Source: Eledone cirrhosa
Lineage: Eukaryota
Direction of reading: 5' to 3'
Assembly: GCA_964016885.1 (NCBI GenBank)
Contig: OZ024742.1
Coordinates: 338,024,001-338,088,000, forward strand
Length of the DNA: 64,000 bases
The position numbers and the translations under genes were made by a program. Positions 36,893 to 51,344 of the stretch are shown here, one piece after another. Position 1 is the stretch's first letter; each line of letters begins with the position of its first letter. The notes under the pieces are model-generated. The model did not search any database. It saw nothing but the letters and a program-made list of their open reading frames with translations, and was not told the DNA's origin.

Positions 36893-39800
36893 TCTCTCTC
36901 TATCTCTCTTTCTCACACACACCTCTCTCTCTCTCTCTCACACACACCACTCTCTCTCTCACACACACACCGCTCTCTCTCTCACACACACCACTCTCTC
37001 TCTCACACGCCACTCTCTCTCTCTCACACACCACTCTCTCTCTCACACACACACACCACTCTCTCTCTCTCACACACCACTCTCTCTCTCTCACACACCA
37101 CTCTCTCTCTCACACACACCACACTCTCTCTCTTACACACCACTCTCACACACACCACTCTCTCTCTCACACACCACTCTCTCTCTCACACACCACTCTC
37201 TCACACACACCACTCTCTCTCTCACACACCACTCTCTCTCTCACACACCACTCTCTCACACACACACCACTCTCTCACACACACACCACTCACACACACA
37301 CCACTCTCTCACACACACCACTCTCTCTCTCTCACACACCACTCTCTCACACACACCACTCTCTCATACACACCACTCTCTCACACACACACCACTCTCT
37401 CACACACACACCACTCTCTCACACACACACCACTCTCTCACACACACACCACTCTCTCTCACACACACACCACTCTCTCACACACACACCACTCTCTCTC
37501 ACACACACCACTCTCTCACACACACCACTCTCTCACACACACCACTCTCTCTCACACACACCACTCTCTCTCACACACCACTCTCTCTCACACACCACTC
37601 TCTCTCACACACCACTCTCTCTCATACACACCACTCTCTCTCACACACTCCACTCTCTCTCACACACACCCCTCTCTCTCACACACACCATTCTCTCTCT
37701 CTCACACACCATTCTCTCTCTCTCACACACCACTCTCACACACACACCACTCTCACACAGACACACCACTCTCACACAGACACACCACTCTCTCACACAC
37801 ACCACTCTCTCTCACACACACCACTCTCTCTCTCACACACCACACTCTCTCACACACCACTCTCTCTCACACACCACTCTCTCTCACACTACACTCTCTC
37901 TCTCACGCACACCACTCTCTCTCACACACCACTCTCTCTCTCTCACACACCACTCTCTCTCACACACCACTCTCTCTCTCTCACACACCACTCTCTCTCT
38001 CTCACACACCACTCTCTCACACACACACCACTCTCTCACACACACCACTCTCTCTCACACACACCACTCTCTCTCTCTCACACACCACTCTCTCTCACAC
38101 ACCACTCTATCACACACACCACTCTCTCACACACAACACTCTCTCACACACACCACTCTCTCACACACAACACTCTCTCACACACAACACTCTCACACAC
38201 ACCACTCTCTCACACACCACTCTCTCTCACACACACACCACTCTCTCTCACACACCACTCTCTCTCACACACACACCACTCTCTCACACACACCACTCTC
38301 TCACACACACACCACTCTCTCTCGCTCTCTCACACACACCACACTCTCTCTCACACACACACCACTCTCTCTCTCACACACCACTCTCTCTCGCTCTCTC
38401 ACACACACCACTCTCTCACACACACCACTCTCTCTCACACACCACTCTCTCTCACACACCACTCTCTCTCACACACCACTCTCTCACACACACACACCAC
38501 TCTCTCTCTCTCACACCACTCTCTCTCACACACACCACTCTCTCTCACACCACTCTCTCACACACACCACTCTCTCTCTCTCACACACACCACTCTCTCT
38601 CACACACACCACTCTCTCTCACACACACCACTCTCTCACTCACCACTCTCTCTCACACACCACTCTCTCACACACCACTCTCTCTCTCTCACACACCACT
38701 CTCTCACACACACCACTCTCTCTCATACGCACCACTCTCTCTCATACACACCACTCTCTCACACACACACCACTCTCTCTCTCACACACCACTCTCTCAC
38801 ACACACACCACTCTCTCTCTCACACACCACTCTCTCTCACACACCACTCTCTCACACACACACCACTCTCTCACACACCACTCTCTCTCACACACACCAC
38901 TCTCTCTCTCTCACACACCACTCTCTCACACACACCACTCTCTCTCACACACCACTCTCTCTCACACACACCACTCTCTCTCTCGCACACACCACTCTCT
39001 CTCTCTCGCACACACCACTCTCTCTCTCTCGCACACACCACTCTCTCACACACACACCACTCTCTCTCACTCTCTCACACACACCACTCTCTCTCTCACA
39101 CACCCCTCTCTCTCTCACACACCACTCTCTCTCACACACACACCACTCTCTCTCACACACACACCACTCTCTCTCACACACACACCACTCTCTCTCTCTC
39201 ACATACACCACTCTATCTCTTTCTCACACACACCCCTCTCTCTCACACACACCACTCTCTCTCTCACACACCACTCTCTCTCACACACACCACTCTCTCT
39301 CTCACACACCACTCTCTCTCACACACACCACTCTCTCTCACACACACCACTCTCTCACACACACACCACTCTCTCACACACACACCACTCTCTCTCTCTC
39401 ACACACACCACTCTCTCTCTCTCACACACCACTCTCTCTCACACACACCACTCTCTCTCACACACACCACTCTCTCTCACACACACCACTCTCTCTCACA
39501 CCACTCTCTCTCTCACACACCACTCTCTCTCTCACACACCACTCTCTCTCTCACACACACCACTCTCTCTTTCACACACACCACTCTCTCTCTCACACAC
39601 ACCACTCTCTCTTTCACACACACCACTCTCTCTCTCACACACACCACTCTCTCTCTCACACACACCACTCTCTCTCTCACACACACCACACTCTCTCTCT
39701 CACACACACCACTCTCTCTCACACACACACCACTCTCTCACTCACACACCACTCTCTCTCACACACCACTCTCTCACACACCACTCTCTCTCACACACCA

Positions 39801-42663
39801 CTCTCTCTCACACACCACTCTCTCACACACCACTCTTCTCTCACACACCACTCTCTCTCACACACACCACTCTCTCTCTCACACACACACACCACTCTCT
39901 CTCTCTCACATACACCACTCTATCTCTCTCTCACACACACCCCTCTCCCTCACACACACCCCTCTCTCTCTCACACACACCACTCTCTCTCACACACACC
40001 ACTCTATCTCTCTCTCACACACCACTCTCTCACACACACACCACTCTCACACACACCACTCTCTCTCATACACACCACTCTCTCTCATACACACCACTCT
40101 CTCTCATACACACCACTCTCTCACACACACACCACTCTCTCACACATACCACTCTCTCACACACACACCACTTTCTCTCACACACCACTCTCTCTCTCAC
40201 ACACACACCACTCTCTCTCTCGCACACACCACTCTCTCTCTCGCACACACCACTCTCTCTCTCGCACACACCACTCTCTCTCTCTCGCACACACCACTCT
40301 CTCTCTCTCTCACACACACACCACTCTCTCTCTCACACACCACTCTCTCTCGCTCTCTCACACACACCACTCTCTCTCTCACACACCCCTCTCTCTCTCA
40401 CACACCACTCTCTCTCACACACACACCACTCTCTCTCTCTCACACACCACTCTATCTCTCTCTCTCACACACCACTCTATCTCTCTCTCAAACACACCCC
40501 TCTCTCTCACACACACCACTCTCTCTCTCACACACCACTCTCTCTCACACACCACTCTCTCTCTCACACACCACTCTCTCTCACACACCACTCTCTCTCA
40601 CACACCACTCTCTCTCACACACCACTCTCTCTCACACACCACTCTCTCTCTCACACACCACTCTCTCTCACACCCCTCTCTCTCTCACACACCACTCTCT
40701 CTCACACACCTCTCTCTTACACACACCACTCTCTCTCACACACACCATCTCTCTCTCTCAACCTCTCACACACCACTCTCTCACACACCACTCTTTCTCT
40801 CACACACACCACTCTGTCACACACACACCACTCTCTCTCTCAACACCTCTCACTCACACACCACTCTCTCACTCACACACCACTCTCTCACTCACACACC
40901 ACTCTCTCACACACACACCACTCTCTCTCTCACACACACACCACTCTCTCTCTCACACACACACCACTCTCTCTCACACACACACCACTCTCTCTCTCTC
41001 ACACACCACTCTCTCTCTCTCACACACCACTCTCTCTCTCACACACACACCACTCTCTCTCTCTCACACCCCTCTCTCTCTCACACACCACTCTCTCTCA
41101 CACACCTCTCTCTTACACACACCACTCTCTCTCACACACACCACTCTCTCTCTCTCAACACCTCTCACACACCACTCTCTCTCACACACACCACTCTCTC
41201 ACACACACACCACTCTCTCACACACACACCACTCTCTCTCTCTCAACCTCTCACACACCACTCTCTCACACACACACCACTCTCACACACCCCTCTCTCT
41301 CTCAAACACACCACTCTCTCAAACACACCACTCTCTCACACACACCACTCTCTCACTCACACACCACTCTGTCACACACACACCACTCTCTCTCTCACAC
41401 ACACACCACTCTCTCTCTCACACACCACTCTCTCTCTCTCACACACCACTCTCTCTCACACACACCACTCTCTCACACACACACCACTCTCTCACACACA
41501 CACCACTCTCTCTCTCTCAACCTCTCACACACCACTCTCTCACACACACACCACTCTCACACACCCCTCTCTCTCTCAAACACACCACTCTCTCAAACAC
41601 ACCACTCTCTCACACACACCACTCTCTCACTCACACACCACTCTCTCTCACTCACACCACTCTCTCTCACACACACACCACTCTCTCTCACACACACACC
41701 ACTCTCTCTCTCTCACACCCCTCTCTCTCTCTCTCACACACCACTCTCTCTCACACACCACTCTCTCTCACACACCTCTCTCTTACACACACCACTCTCT
41801 CACACACACACCACTCTCTCTCTCTCAACACCTCTCACACACACACCACTCTCTCTCTCTCAACACCTCTCACACACCACTCTCTCTCACACACACCACT
41901 CTCTCACACACACACCACTCTCTCTCTCTCTCAACCTCTCACACACCACTCTCTCACACACCACTCTCTCACACGCACACCACTCTCTCACACACCCCTC
42001 TCTCTCTCAAACACACCACTCTTTCTCTAACACACACCACTCTGTCACACACACACCACTCTCTCTCTCAACATCTCTCACTCGCACACCACTCTCTCAC
42101 TCACACACCACTCTCTCACTCACACACCACTCTCTCACTCACACACCACTCTCTCACACACACACCACTCTCTCTCTCTCACACACACTACTCTCTCTCT
42201 CACACACACACCACTCTCTCTCTCTCACACACCACTCTCTCTCTCACACACCACTCTCTCTCACACACACACACCACTCTCTCTCTCTCACACACCACTC
42301 TCTCTCTCACACACCACTCTCTCTCACACCACTCTCTCACACACACACCACTCTCTCTCTCTCACACACCACTCTCTCTCTCTCACACACCACTCTCTCT
42401 CACACACCACTCTCTCACACACACCACTCTCACACACACCACTCTCACACACACCACTCTCACACACACCACTCTCTCACACACCCCTCTCTCTCTCAAC
42501 ACCTCTCTCTCACACACACCACTCTCTCTCAACACCTCTCACACACACCACTCTATCTCTCTCAACACCTCTCACACACACCACTCTATCTCTCTCTCAC
42601 ACACCACTCTCTCTCTCTCACACACACTACTCTTTCTCTCACACACACACCTCTCTCTCTCTC
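36893..42663. repeat. 5.8-kb compound (CT)n(CA)nC satellite
   Basis: Hundreds of CACCAC-(TC)n-(AC)n units with almost no G on the + strand. Confidence 0.97.
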
Positions 42664-43719
42664 CAGTGTTATCAACAAACAAATGTAACCAAAAGCCTTG
42701 ATGGTTTCAGAAAGATTTTGGTCATTCCTTCCTTTGCCTAATCCTCTATATTGAAGCATTAGATTCCTGCTAAACTCCGTGATTTGTCGGTGTTGGATTG
42801 TCATTGATCCCGAACTATGCTGTCACAAGATAAACTCATCTGTAATCCAGTTGTGCCTTAGCTGCTACCAGGAGGGCCTAAATGGGGAGGCAGATATTGG
42901 AAAACATGGTTTGACATAATCAAAACATTCAGCTAATATTTGGTCCTCACATATATGGTGTCTGACATTATGTGTGTCAGATGTCTGTAGACACTAAACA
43001 TGGCTGGCTTCTGTTTGTGGTGTTTTGGAATCCCTGGATTCACTGGTTATCCACATCAGTATAAAGCAGCTACTCTCTCTTTTCTACTGGGCTCTCTGCC
43101 ATGTTTGGGCCCATGGGCAACAGCAGGTAGGTCTACTGCACTAGCATCGTCGCAGTATGTTGCTATACAGCTTTGGTATAAACACTGCTCCCCATCTCTT
43201 AAATTCACCTCTCTGATAGTCACAGAACCTTGATATTGGCATCTTGGAATCACAGAACCTTGAGATGTTGCAATCTGAGAGTCACAGAACCTTGATGTTG
43301 CAATCTTGGAATCACAGGGTCTAGGGGAGGTTAAATTCGTTAGCCCCCCCATGTAATCTCCATCATCCCAAGTCTTCCTTTTCTCTACATCCTTCCACAT
43401 TCATTTATCACTCCTCTCACCAAATCACTTTTATCTTTCCTCAACACATGATACAACCATCTCGTTCCATTTATCTTCACAACATTCTTCATTGGCTCTA
43501 ATCCTCTTGCCCAGTCAATTATATCCTTCCTCAACACATGACCCAGCCATCTCATTCCATATCTCATTGGATATACTCATCAAAAGGATCTCATGAGGCA
43601 TAAATATCAACTTAAATTCTATTCAATAACTTAAATTCTACAAATTACTGATTTGATTCTATATCCAGCTATCATTGAATCTTACACCTAATGGTAACAT
43701 TACCTTTCTTGTATTTCAG

Positions 43720-43853
43720 ATCTGTGTTCTTGACCATTTCTTTAGCTGTCCTTTAAGTTACTTAATCCATCCTGAGAAGGACTTTGAGAACATGACGAAG
43801 CACTTTACAAAAACTGACCCTGAAATGGTTAGGCAACTCCCGTCCTTCATGAA
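43720..43853 (+). CDS. ORC3: ORC3 exon 10
   Basis: ttcag|ICVLDHFFSCPLSYL...VRQLPSFMK|gtaagt; phase 0 to 2. Confidence 0.95.
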
Positions 43854-44758
43854 GTAAGTAGTTGTATAAACTTCTCTTATAACTGGGATCCTATCACTAG
43901 ACAAATACTTTTTTGTATTACCTCCCATTTGCCTTGCTGCTGTCATAATGACCTCTCTAGTGTTGGTGCCACAATAAAATACACCCAATACATCCTGTAT
44001 TGTGGTAGTGATGGTACCATGATAAAATGTACCCAGTACATTCTGTACCGTAGTAGTGATGGTGCCATGATAAAATGTACCCAGTACACTATTAAAAGGT
44101 AGTATTGGTGTCACAATAAAATGAGCCAAGTACACTCTGTAAAAAACTGTCGGTGGCACAAAATGCACCCAGTACTCTCTGTAAAGTGGTTGTCTTTGTT
44201 TCCGGATGTAAATAGCTGGAACAAATCTTGGATTTTGTCCAACACTCCAGTTATTCTTCCCCCACCTCCCCAGTATTCTACCAAAACAACAATAGTTATA
44301 ATTATTGATATTTCCGTGGAGGCTACATTGAGTAGGAAGGATCCTTACACACCAAGACAATGTTGGTGCCATCATAGATAACACCCATTACACTCTGTAT
44401 TGTGGTTGGTCATCATCAAATGACAACAATGTAGAGTACTCTTCAGTTTGGTCGCACATATGACAACATCATTAGTGTTGGGGTTACAATGAAATGCACC
44501 CATTACACTCTGTAATGTGATTGTGCTGGTCTTGTGATAAAAATCACTTGTAAAGTGGTTAGTGTTAGGGAGGGCATCTGCTAATAAAAACCATCTGAAA
44601 CATGAGGTTTATCTGACCTGTCTAACTTCAGACCATGACAATTCATCCAACCCATGCCAGCATGAAAGGTTGACAAAATTATGACGATTATGATGATGAT
44701 TGTCAACTGGGTGTAACTAGGGTACCTTTCATAACTGTTTTATTTTCCTTATTTCAAG

Positions 44759-44822
44759 ATATGTTGAAATATCTCCACATTCAAAACAGAAGAGTTTACT
44801 CCTCAGTGATAAACATTTACAA
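44759..44822 (+). CDS. ORC3: ORC3 exon 11
   Basis: tcaag|YVEISPHSKQKSLLLSDKHLQ|gtaagt; phase 2 to 0. Confidence 0.9.
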
Positions 44823-44879
44823 GTAAGTATATTGTTTTCATGTCATTATCAACATATGTAAATACATAAATAAAGTAAA

Positions 44880-45349
44880 ACCTACTACAGTCAGTAGGCA
44901 TCTCTAACAAAATACACCCCCACCCCATCCACACCGCCCCTTTCAATGTAAAGTTATGTTGGTGCCACAAAATCCAGGCCGAAACAAATGAGATCGTGTA
45001 GGTGTCACGACAAAAAAACACAGTCCACGCTGTAATGTGACCGTGTAGGCAACACGGTAAAAACGTCCCAGTCCCACACTGTAAATGTGGTTGGTGTTAG
45101 GAAGGGCATCCAGCTGTAGAAAACCTGCCAGACAGTCCACGCTGTAATGTGGCCGTGTAGGCAACACGGTAAAAACCTCCCAGCCCCACACTGTAAATGT
45201 GGTTGGTGTTAGGAAGGGCATCCAACTGTAGAAAACCCGCCAGACAGTCCTATGCAAGCAATGACAACCACTCTTGCCTCAAGTGGGAAAACTCCCGTCC
45301 AAACCCATGCAAGCATGGAACACGGACGTTAAACGATGATGATGATGAT
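44880..45349 (+). mobile_element. RTE 3' UTR fragment with an internal ~112-bp tandem duplication
   Basis: Matches the reverse complement of 13617-14010. The block acagtccacgctgtaatgtg...aaacc.gccag occurs twice. Confidence 0.85.
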
Positions 45350-46888
45350 AAAACCATGGAGCTGTGTGGCTTAGTGGTTAGGGTGTTTGGTTCACTATTG
45401 TTGTCTTTGAGCAAAGTACTTTATTTTATGTTACTTCAGCTAACTGAGCATGTGAAAATGAGTTGTATTTGTAAGTATATTGTTTCCATGTTATTTTCAA
45501 CATATATCATCATTGTTGTCCACTTTTCCTGCTAGCAATATAGTCCATGTCAGTACTGAAGCAGAGTCACTGATCTCCCAGGCAGGCCAGGAACCTGTGC
45601 GCTTCTGTACGGTCTCGCATTCCATTATGTGCTCAGGAGAGGTTGTCATGCCTTTGACACAACTAAGGGTCCTCTTACCCTTTGGCAAAATTTCTATAGC
45701 TGGATGCCCTTCCTATCATCAACAACTGAAAGTGTGTGGCTTAGTGGTTAGGGTGTTCAGCTCATTATTGTTGTCTCCTTGAGCAAAGTACTTTATTTCA
45801 TGTTGCTCCAGCTTACCCAGCAGAAGAAAATGAGTTGTACCTGCAATTTAAAGTGCCAGACTTGTCACATACTGAATCTTCCTCAGAATTATGTTAATGG
45901 TACACATGTTTGTGGAATACTCAGCCACTACCATGTTAATTTTTTGAGCAGGCAGTTCTATTGATTGAATCCACTGCAATATTTGTTGAAAGAACCAACA
46001 GAAATCCAACATAGATAAAACTTCAATTTTATTGGGGAGAGATCCCTAAAAACTGGATTACACTATTACTGTCAAAGTTGTTATTGTTATATCAACTTGG
46101 TGTAAAGAACTTTCTTTCATGTTCTGAATCAGTAATATTTTCTAGCTTTAAAATGTTTGAAGCAACTGGACTATTTCTAGTTTTCTGACTCACCTCTTGA
46201 AGAAGTCATATGAGAAGCAAGCAGTCGCTTTTACATGCCCAACCTGTTATACAATCACTCAATTAAAATCAGGATTAACAAGGTACATTAACCTTGATAC
46301 CAAACCACTTGAAACTGCCCTTGTTCTATAATACAAAACTGTTTGTTTTAAAGTGGTTATATTTATAAACCTTTCTTCACAATTTTATGCAATAAGCTTT
46401 TGTTAAGTTATATTCCAAACGCCAACACAATGATGGGAAAGTTATTTTACTAAATCCCTCCAAATTTAAAGGCTAACAATGACTAGGTGAAAGGTTAGTA
46501 GAAATAGGGTTAATGATGAATGTTATGAAGCGAAATGGAATGAGAAGGTTGGGTCATGTGTTGAGGAATGATGAAAGTGATTGTATGAGAGAAATAAAGC
46601 CAGTGATGAATGATAGGAAGAAAAATGGAATGAGATGGTTAGGTCATGTGTTGAAGAAGGATGAAGGTGACGAGATGAGAGGAATAGTCAGTAATGAATG
46701 TTGTAAAGAGGAATGGAATGAGGTGGCTGGGTCATATGTTAAGGAAGAAAGAAAGTGACTGGCTGAGAATGGGGTAAAATTTCCTTAAAACCCTTGTTAT
46801 TGTTGAGGACAGCAGGTGTTAATTTTTCAAAGATCGACTGACAATTCCACCAAAATATTTCCATTAATATATTTCATCTTATTTCCAG

Positions 46889-47005
46889 GAAGAATTTGTT
46901 ATACTTTGGAAAGATTTCCATCTCTATCAGAGGAATTTCTTTATCATGTTGAATTGTCTTCATATTCTTGTTGGGAAATTACCAAAGTATCCATTAGGAA
47001 AACAA
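46889..47005 (+). CDS. ORC3: ORC3 exon 12
   Basis: tccag|EEFVILWKDFHLYQRNFFIMLNCLHILVGKLPKYPLGKQ|gtgagt; phase 0 to 0. Confidence 0.95.
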
Positions 47006-48714
47006 GTGAGTTTTGCTTTTGTATTCTTTTATTCATTCATTTTTTTTATAGGTTTAGTCAGACTGTGGCCATCCTGGAGCACCTCCTTGAAGGGATTTAG
47101 TTGGTCTTATTGATGCCTGCTACTTATTCTATGTCTATTTGTTGAACTGCCAAGACAAACATAAACACAAGACACAAACGTAGACATAAGCATGGATGGA
47201 CATACACACACATAAATATTTATTACCCTAACTATAGTGTATGTTAAGTACAATTGTTTCTCTGGCTGTCTATTTCAGATTTTCATTGAAACAAGCCCCA
47301 GATCGTCAGCCTTTTAGAGTAATAAATATCTATATACTACAACTCTTCCTGCAGATTGAATGTTCTCTCAACTTTGGATATTCTTTACTAAATTACTCTA
47401 CATTATATGTATGTATATATATATATATATAATCAATTTCCACAAATTTCTTTTTTTGGTGTTGAAATTCAATCAGTGACACTATTGATCTAGTAGAAAT
47501 ACAAACCTTTTCCAAACACATTTTGCTCTGAAATGTTGACAACAGTATGTCTTTGAGAAAGTTTGGAATTTTCCAGAATGAATGAATGAACAAAACCTTC
47601 CCAAAATACTTGTATCAGACCTCTATATTGGAGCGGTTTAACCTATTTGATACCAAATCATCCATCACAAACTGCTCTTCATTCTATGATACAAAACTGT
47701 TTTTTATAATTTATTTAGCAATATTATTATTTTAACATTGTTTTCCATAAAATTGATGGAAGAGTTAAATTTAAATGTAAACACATTAAAACAGTTTTAT
47801 ATCTAGAACTTGAGGCAGTTTCAGGCAATTTGCTATCATCCAGGAAGGTTAACCCTTTTATTACCATATTTCTTATGATTTTCAAATGATTTTGAAAATA
47901 AGAATTGAGAGGGGTTTAGTAAAATAACTTTCTCATTATTTATCTGGTGTTTGGAACATAATTTAACAAATTTCTTGCATACAAATATGATGGATGGTTT
48001 TTAGATAAATGTAAACACTTTAAAATAAACAGTTTGGTAAACCAGAGGCAGTTTGAATAATAATAATAATGAAATATTGTGTATCATAGAACCAGAGGCA
48101 GTTTGACAGTTTAGTATCAGAACCAGAGGCAGTTTCAGACAGTTTAGTATCAGAACCAGAGGCAGTTTCAGACGGTTTAGTATCAAGTGCTTTGATACCA
48201 CAAAGGTTACTGGCATCCAAATTTCATTCAAACCTCCTGTTTCCTTGTCTCTTTATAAATCATAACTAATTAGTCATGACTAATTAGTCCTACCTCATTA
48301 ACCATACCCAATTAGTCATAGCTCATAGTCATGCCCAATTACTCACACCTCATTAGTCATGCCTAATTAGTTATATCCATTTAATCATTACTCATTAGTC
48401 ATATTTAATTAGTTACAAATATTGTTTAACCTTCTGCTGTGCGTATCCAGTTCAGTACATATACTCCATGTTCCTGAATATTATAAATATTAGTGACAGG
48501 AAGGATATCTTGCTGTAAAACATTGCCTCAAAAACACCTAACACTGACTATGAAGCCTATCATTGGGTTTACATGACTAACTTCTCTTCAACATGGAACA
48601 TGGTTTAAATCCTTATACCAAACTGTCTGAAACCACTCTAGGTTCTATGATACAAAACTGTCCACATTAAAGTGTTCATGTTTGTATTAAACCTGCCATC
48701 ATAGTTTATGTAAC

Positions 48715-49083
48715 AATTGAGTACCTTTTTGAATTCCATGTGTTTAACTCACGTGGGCATGTCCACAAAGTCAGAAAACAGCACAGTTCCCATGACTTTC
48801 GGAAACATTTTTTCACGCTCAGAGTTGCTGAAGCAAGAAACAAACTACCTGCACCAGTTATTAGCTGTCGAAACACTGCATCCTTTAAAACCTCCATGCT
48901 TCCCGAGATTCGCCAACACTACACCTAATGTTCCCCCTCCATACACATACACACATGTATATCATGACTCATACACTATTCACTTCCCTGACATTTGTAT
49001 ATTATTTTATGTACTGTACATGCACCTTTGCCGAGTTGTAGTGCACCTGAGCACTTTACACAATAATTTCATTATTATTATTA
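48715..49083 (+). mobile_element. CR1/L2-type LINE 3' end
   Basis: RGHVHKVRKQH..RKHFFTLRV...NKLP..V....FK motif, 3' UTR and (ATT)n tail. Confidence 0.82.
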
Positions 49084-49718
49084 TAACTTCAAATCCCAAA
49101 CACCAGGTATATGATAAAATCAGTTATTTTACTAAATTTCTCCAAACATTTGTTTAATTTACAAAATTAATTAAAACATTAGGCAACAACTTTAAATAGA
49201 AATATGGTAACAAAAAGGTTAAAATATTTGTTGGTTTTGTTGATGGTTATAGAGTAAAGGAGGGAGATAAGCTGGAAGCCATGAGATCAGCAGTGATTTG
49301 GCCACCATAGCTGACCCACCAACGAGAGAGTGAATGTTACTGTTAAACACCCAATGAACATTGGACACTGTCTGATGACACGCCTCCTGACCAAGGCTAT
49401 ATTCATCAAAGGGGATTAAATGCGAGGCATCTTCCCAGCCAACCCACTCTTTAAAGTGGTAGTGCTAGTGCCATGACAAAGAGCACCCAGTCTACTCTGT
49501 AAGGTGGTAGTGTTGGTTGATGTCTTGGTAAAATGTTCCCAGTACATGCTGTAAAATGGTTAAATGGTTTGTGTTAGAAAGGGCATCCAAATGTACAAAC
49601 CAAGCAAAAAAAAAAATTGAGTCAACTGACAAGTCTAGCCTGAGAACGTAACTCATTTAACCATAGAAAATAGATATTAATTGGTGATGATATTTATGAT
49701 TTAATTTTCTATTTTCAG

Positions 49719-49798
49719 AAACGAGAATTATACCTTATGTGTTTGAAACAATTTGTCTGTGATTCAGAACATTACCAAGACGCCATGAATCTCCTGAG
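49719..49798 (+). CDS. ORC3: ORC3 exon 13
   Basis: ttcag|KRELYLMCLKQFVCDSEHYQDAMNLLR|gtttgt; phase 0 to 2. Confidence 0.93.
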
Positions 49799-50784
49799 GT
49801 TTGTTCAAAATAAAATTTCATCTTCATCGTTGTTGTCATTTTAACACCTTCATCATCATCATTGTTTAATGTCTATTTTCTATATTTACATGGGTTAGAC
49901 AGGCTGTCAAATTCTGCAGCTATTCTGGCCAGTTGAGTACATCTTACTCGTATGATCCATTTTTGGCTCAGTTTCTGCAGCTGGATGCCCTTCTTAATGC
50001 CAACCATTTCACAGTTTGTACTGGGAGGAGCATTTTATTCTGACTCCAACACTACCACTTCGAAGAGTGAACTGGGTGCTTTTTGCCATGGCACCAGCAC
50101 TACCACCTCAGAGAGTAGACTGTTCTTACATGAAATTATGATGGAAGGTTTTAAAATAAATATAAAAACTGGGCTCAAGAGGAGTCATGCACAAGAAAGA
50201 AGACTGCATTGGTATGGATATATGATGCATATGGATGATAATTATTGGGTGGGAGAAAGTTACAGAAAAAGAAGACCAAAGAAAATCTGGGTGAGAGCTG
50301 ATCTCAGAACACTAAACCTCACAGGAAATGAAACAATGCTGAAGAACATTTATCCAATCAATGCAAGTAGGGAAAGGTAGACATAAAAATGATGATAGTA
50401 TTAAATCATTATCATCGTTTAACGTCTATTTTCTACACTAGCATGGGTTAGATGGGTTTGTCCCAATTGAGGAAAGTTGGGTTGGGTGACCTTGTCTTGC
50501 TCATATAGGACTGTTTCTGGCTAGATTTCTACGGCTGGATGCCCTTCCTAACGCTAAACAGATTTACAATATGTGCTGGGTGTTTTTTGCATGTCTCCTA
50601 CATGACCACTTCACAGAGTTGGCTGGATGTTTTTGTGATACCAACATAACCTTTCAGCGTAAGGGTGGTGTAGACAGGAATATGATTTTTATATTTTTTC
50701 TATCACTCATATTCATTATGTATAATAAAGTTTCTTGTGGTTTTTATTTTTTACTTGATTATCATTCTTGAATTCCTTGTACTA

Positions 50785-51340
50785 TCATCATCATCATTTC
50801 ATGTTATTCCATGCCTGCCTGCATGTGTTGGATGGTTCCCTTCCAGCACAGCCTCCCTCCGCTTCCCTTGTCATCTCTCTGAGGTTCAATATTTTGAGAT
50901 CAGCTCCAACCACCTCTGTCCAGGTGTTCCTTGGTCTTCTACTGTAGCTTCCTTCCACTGAGATTTCCTGGCACTTCTTCACCCAGTGATCATCATCCAT
51001 ACACATCACATGTCCATATCTGCTGTCTTCTCTCTTGCATCTTGCACATTACATCTGATTCCGCTTATACCCAGCTTTTCTCTCAGCTCATCTGATTCTT
51101 CTTATACCCAGCTTTTCTCTCAGCTCATCTGATTCCTCTTATACCCAGCTTTTCTCTCAGTTCATCTGATTCCACTTATACCCAGCTTTTCTCTCAGCTC
51201 ATCTGATTTTTCTTATACCCAGCTTTTCTCTCAGCTCATCTGATTCTTCTTATACCCAGCTTTTCTCTCAGCTCATCTGATTCCACTTATACCCAGCTTT
51301 TCTCTCATCCACACTCTATCCTTCATGCACACTATATAGT
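50785..51340 (-). mobile_element. RTE 3' fragment containing a 7 x 37-bp tandem repeat (51052-51307)
   Basis: Minus strand encodes YGHVM..DDDHWVKKC..RPRNTW. Repeat unit catctgattc(c/t)Ncttatacccagcttttctctcagct. Confidence 0.85.
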
Positions 51341-51344
51341 TGTT

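Noticed and set aside
36623-42688. 2021-aa ORF as a novel His/Thr-rich protein gene
   Set aside because: Its openness is a by-product of a nearly G-free microsatellite. Only 36770-36883 is coding (ORC3 exon 9, with GT-AG ends).
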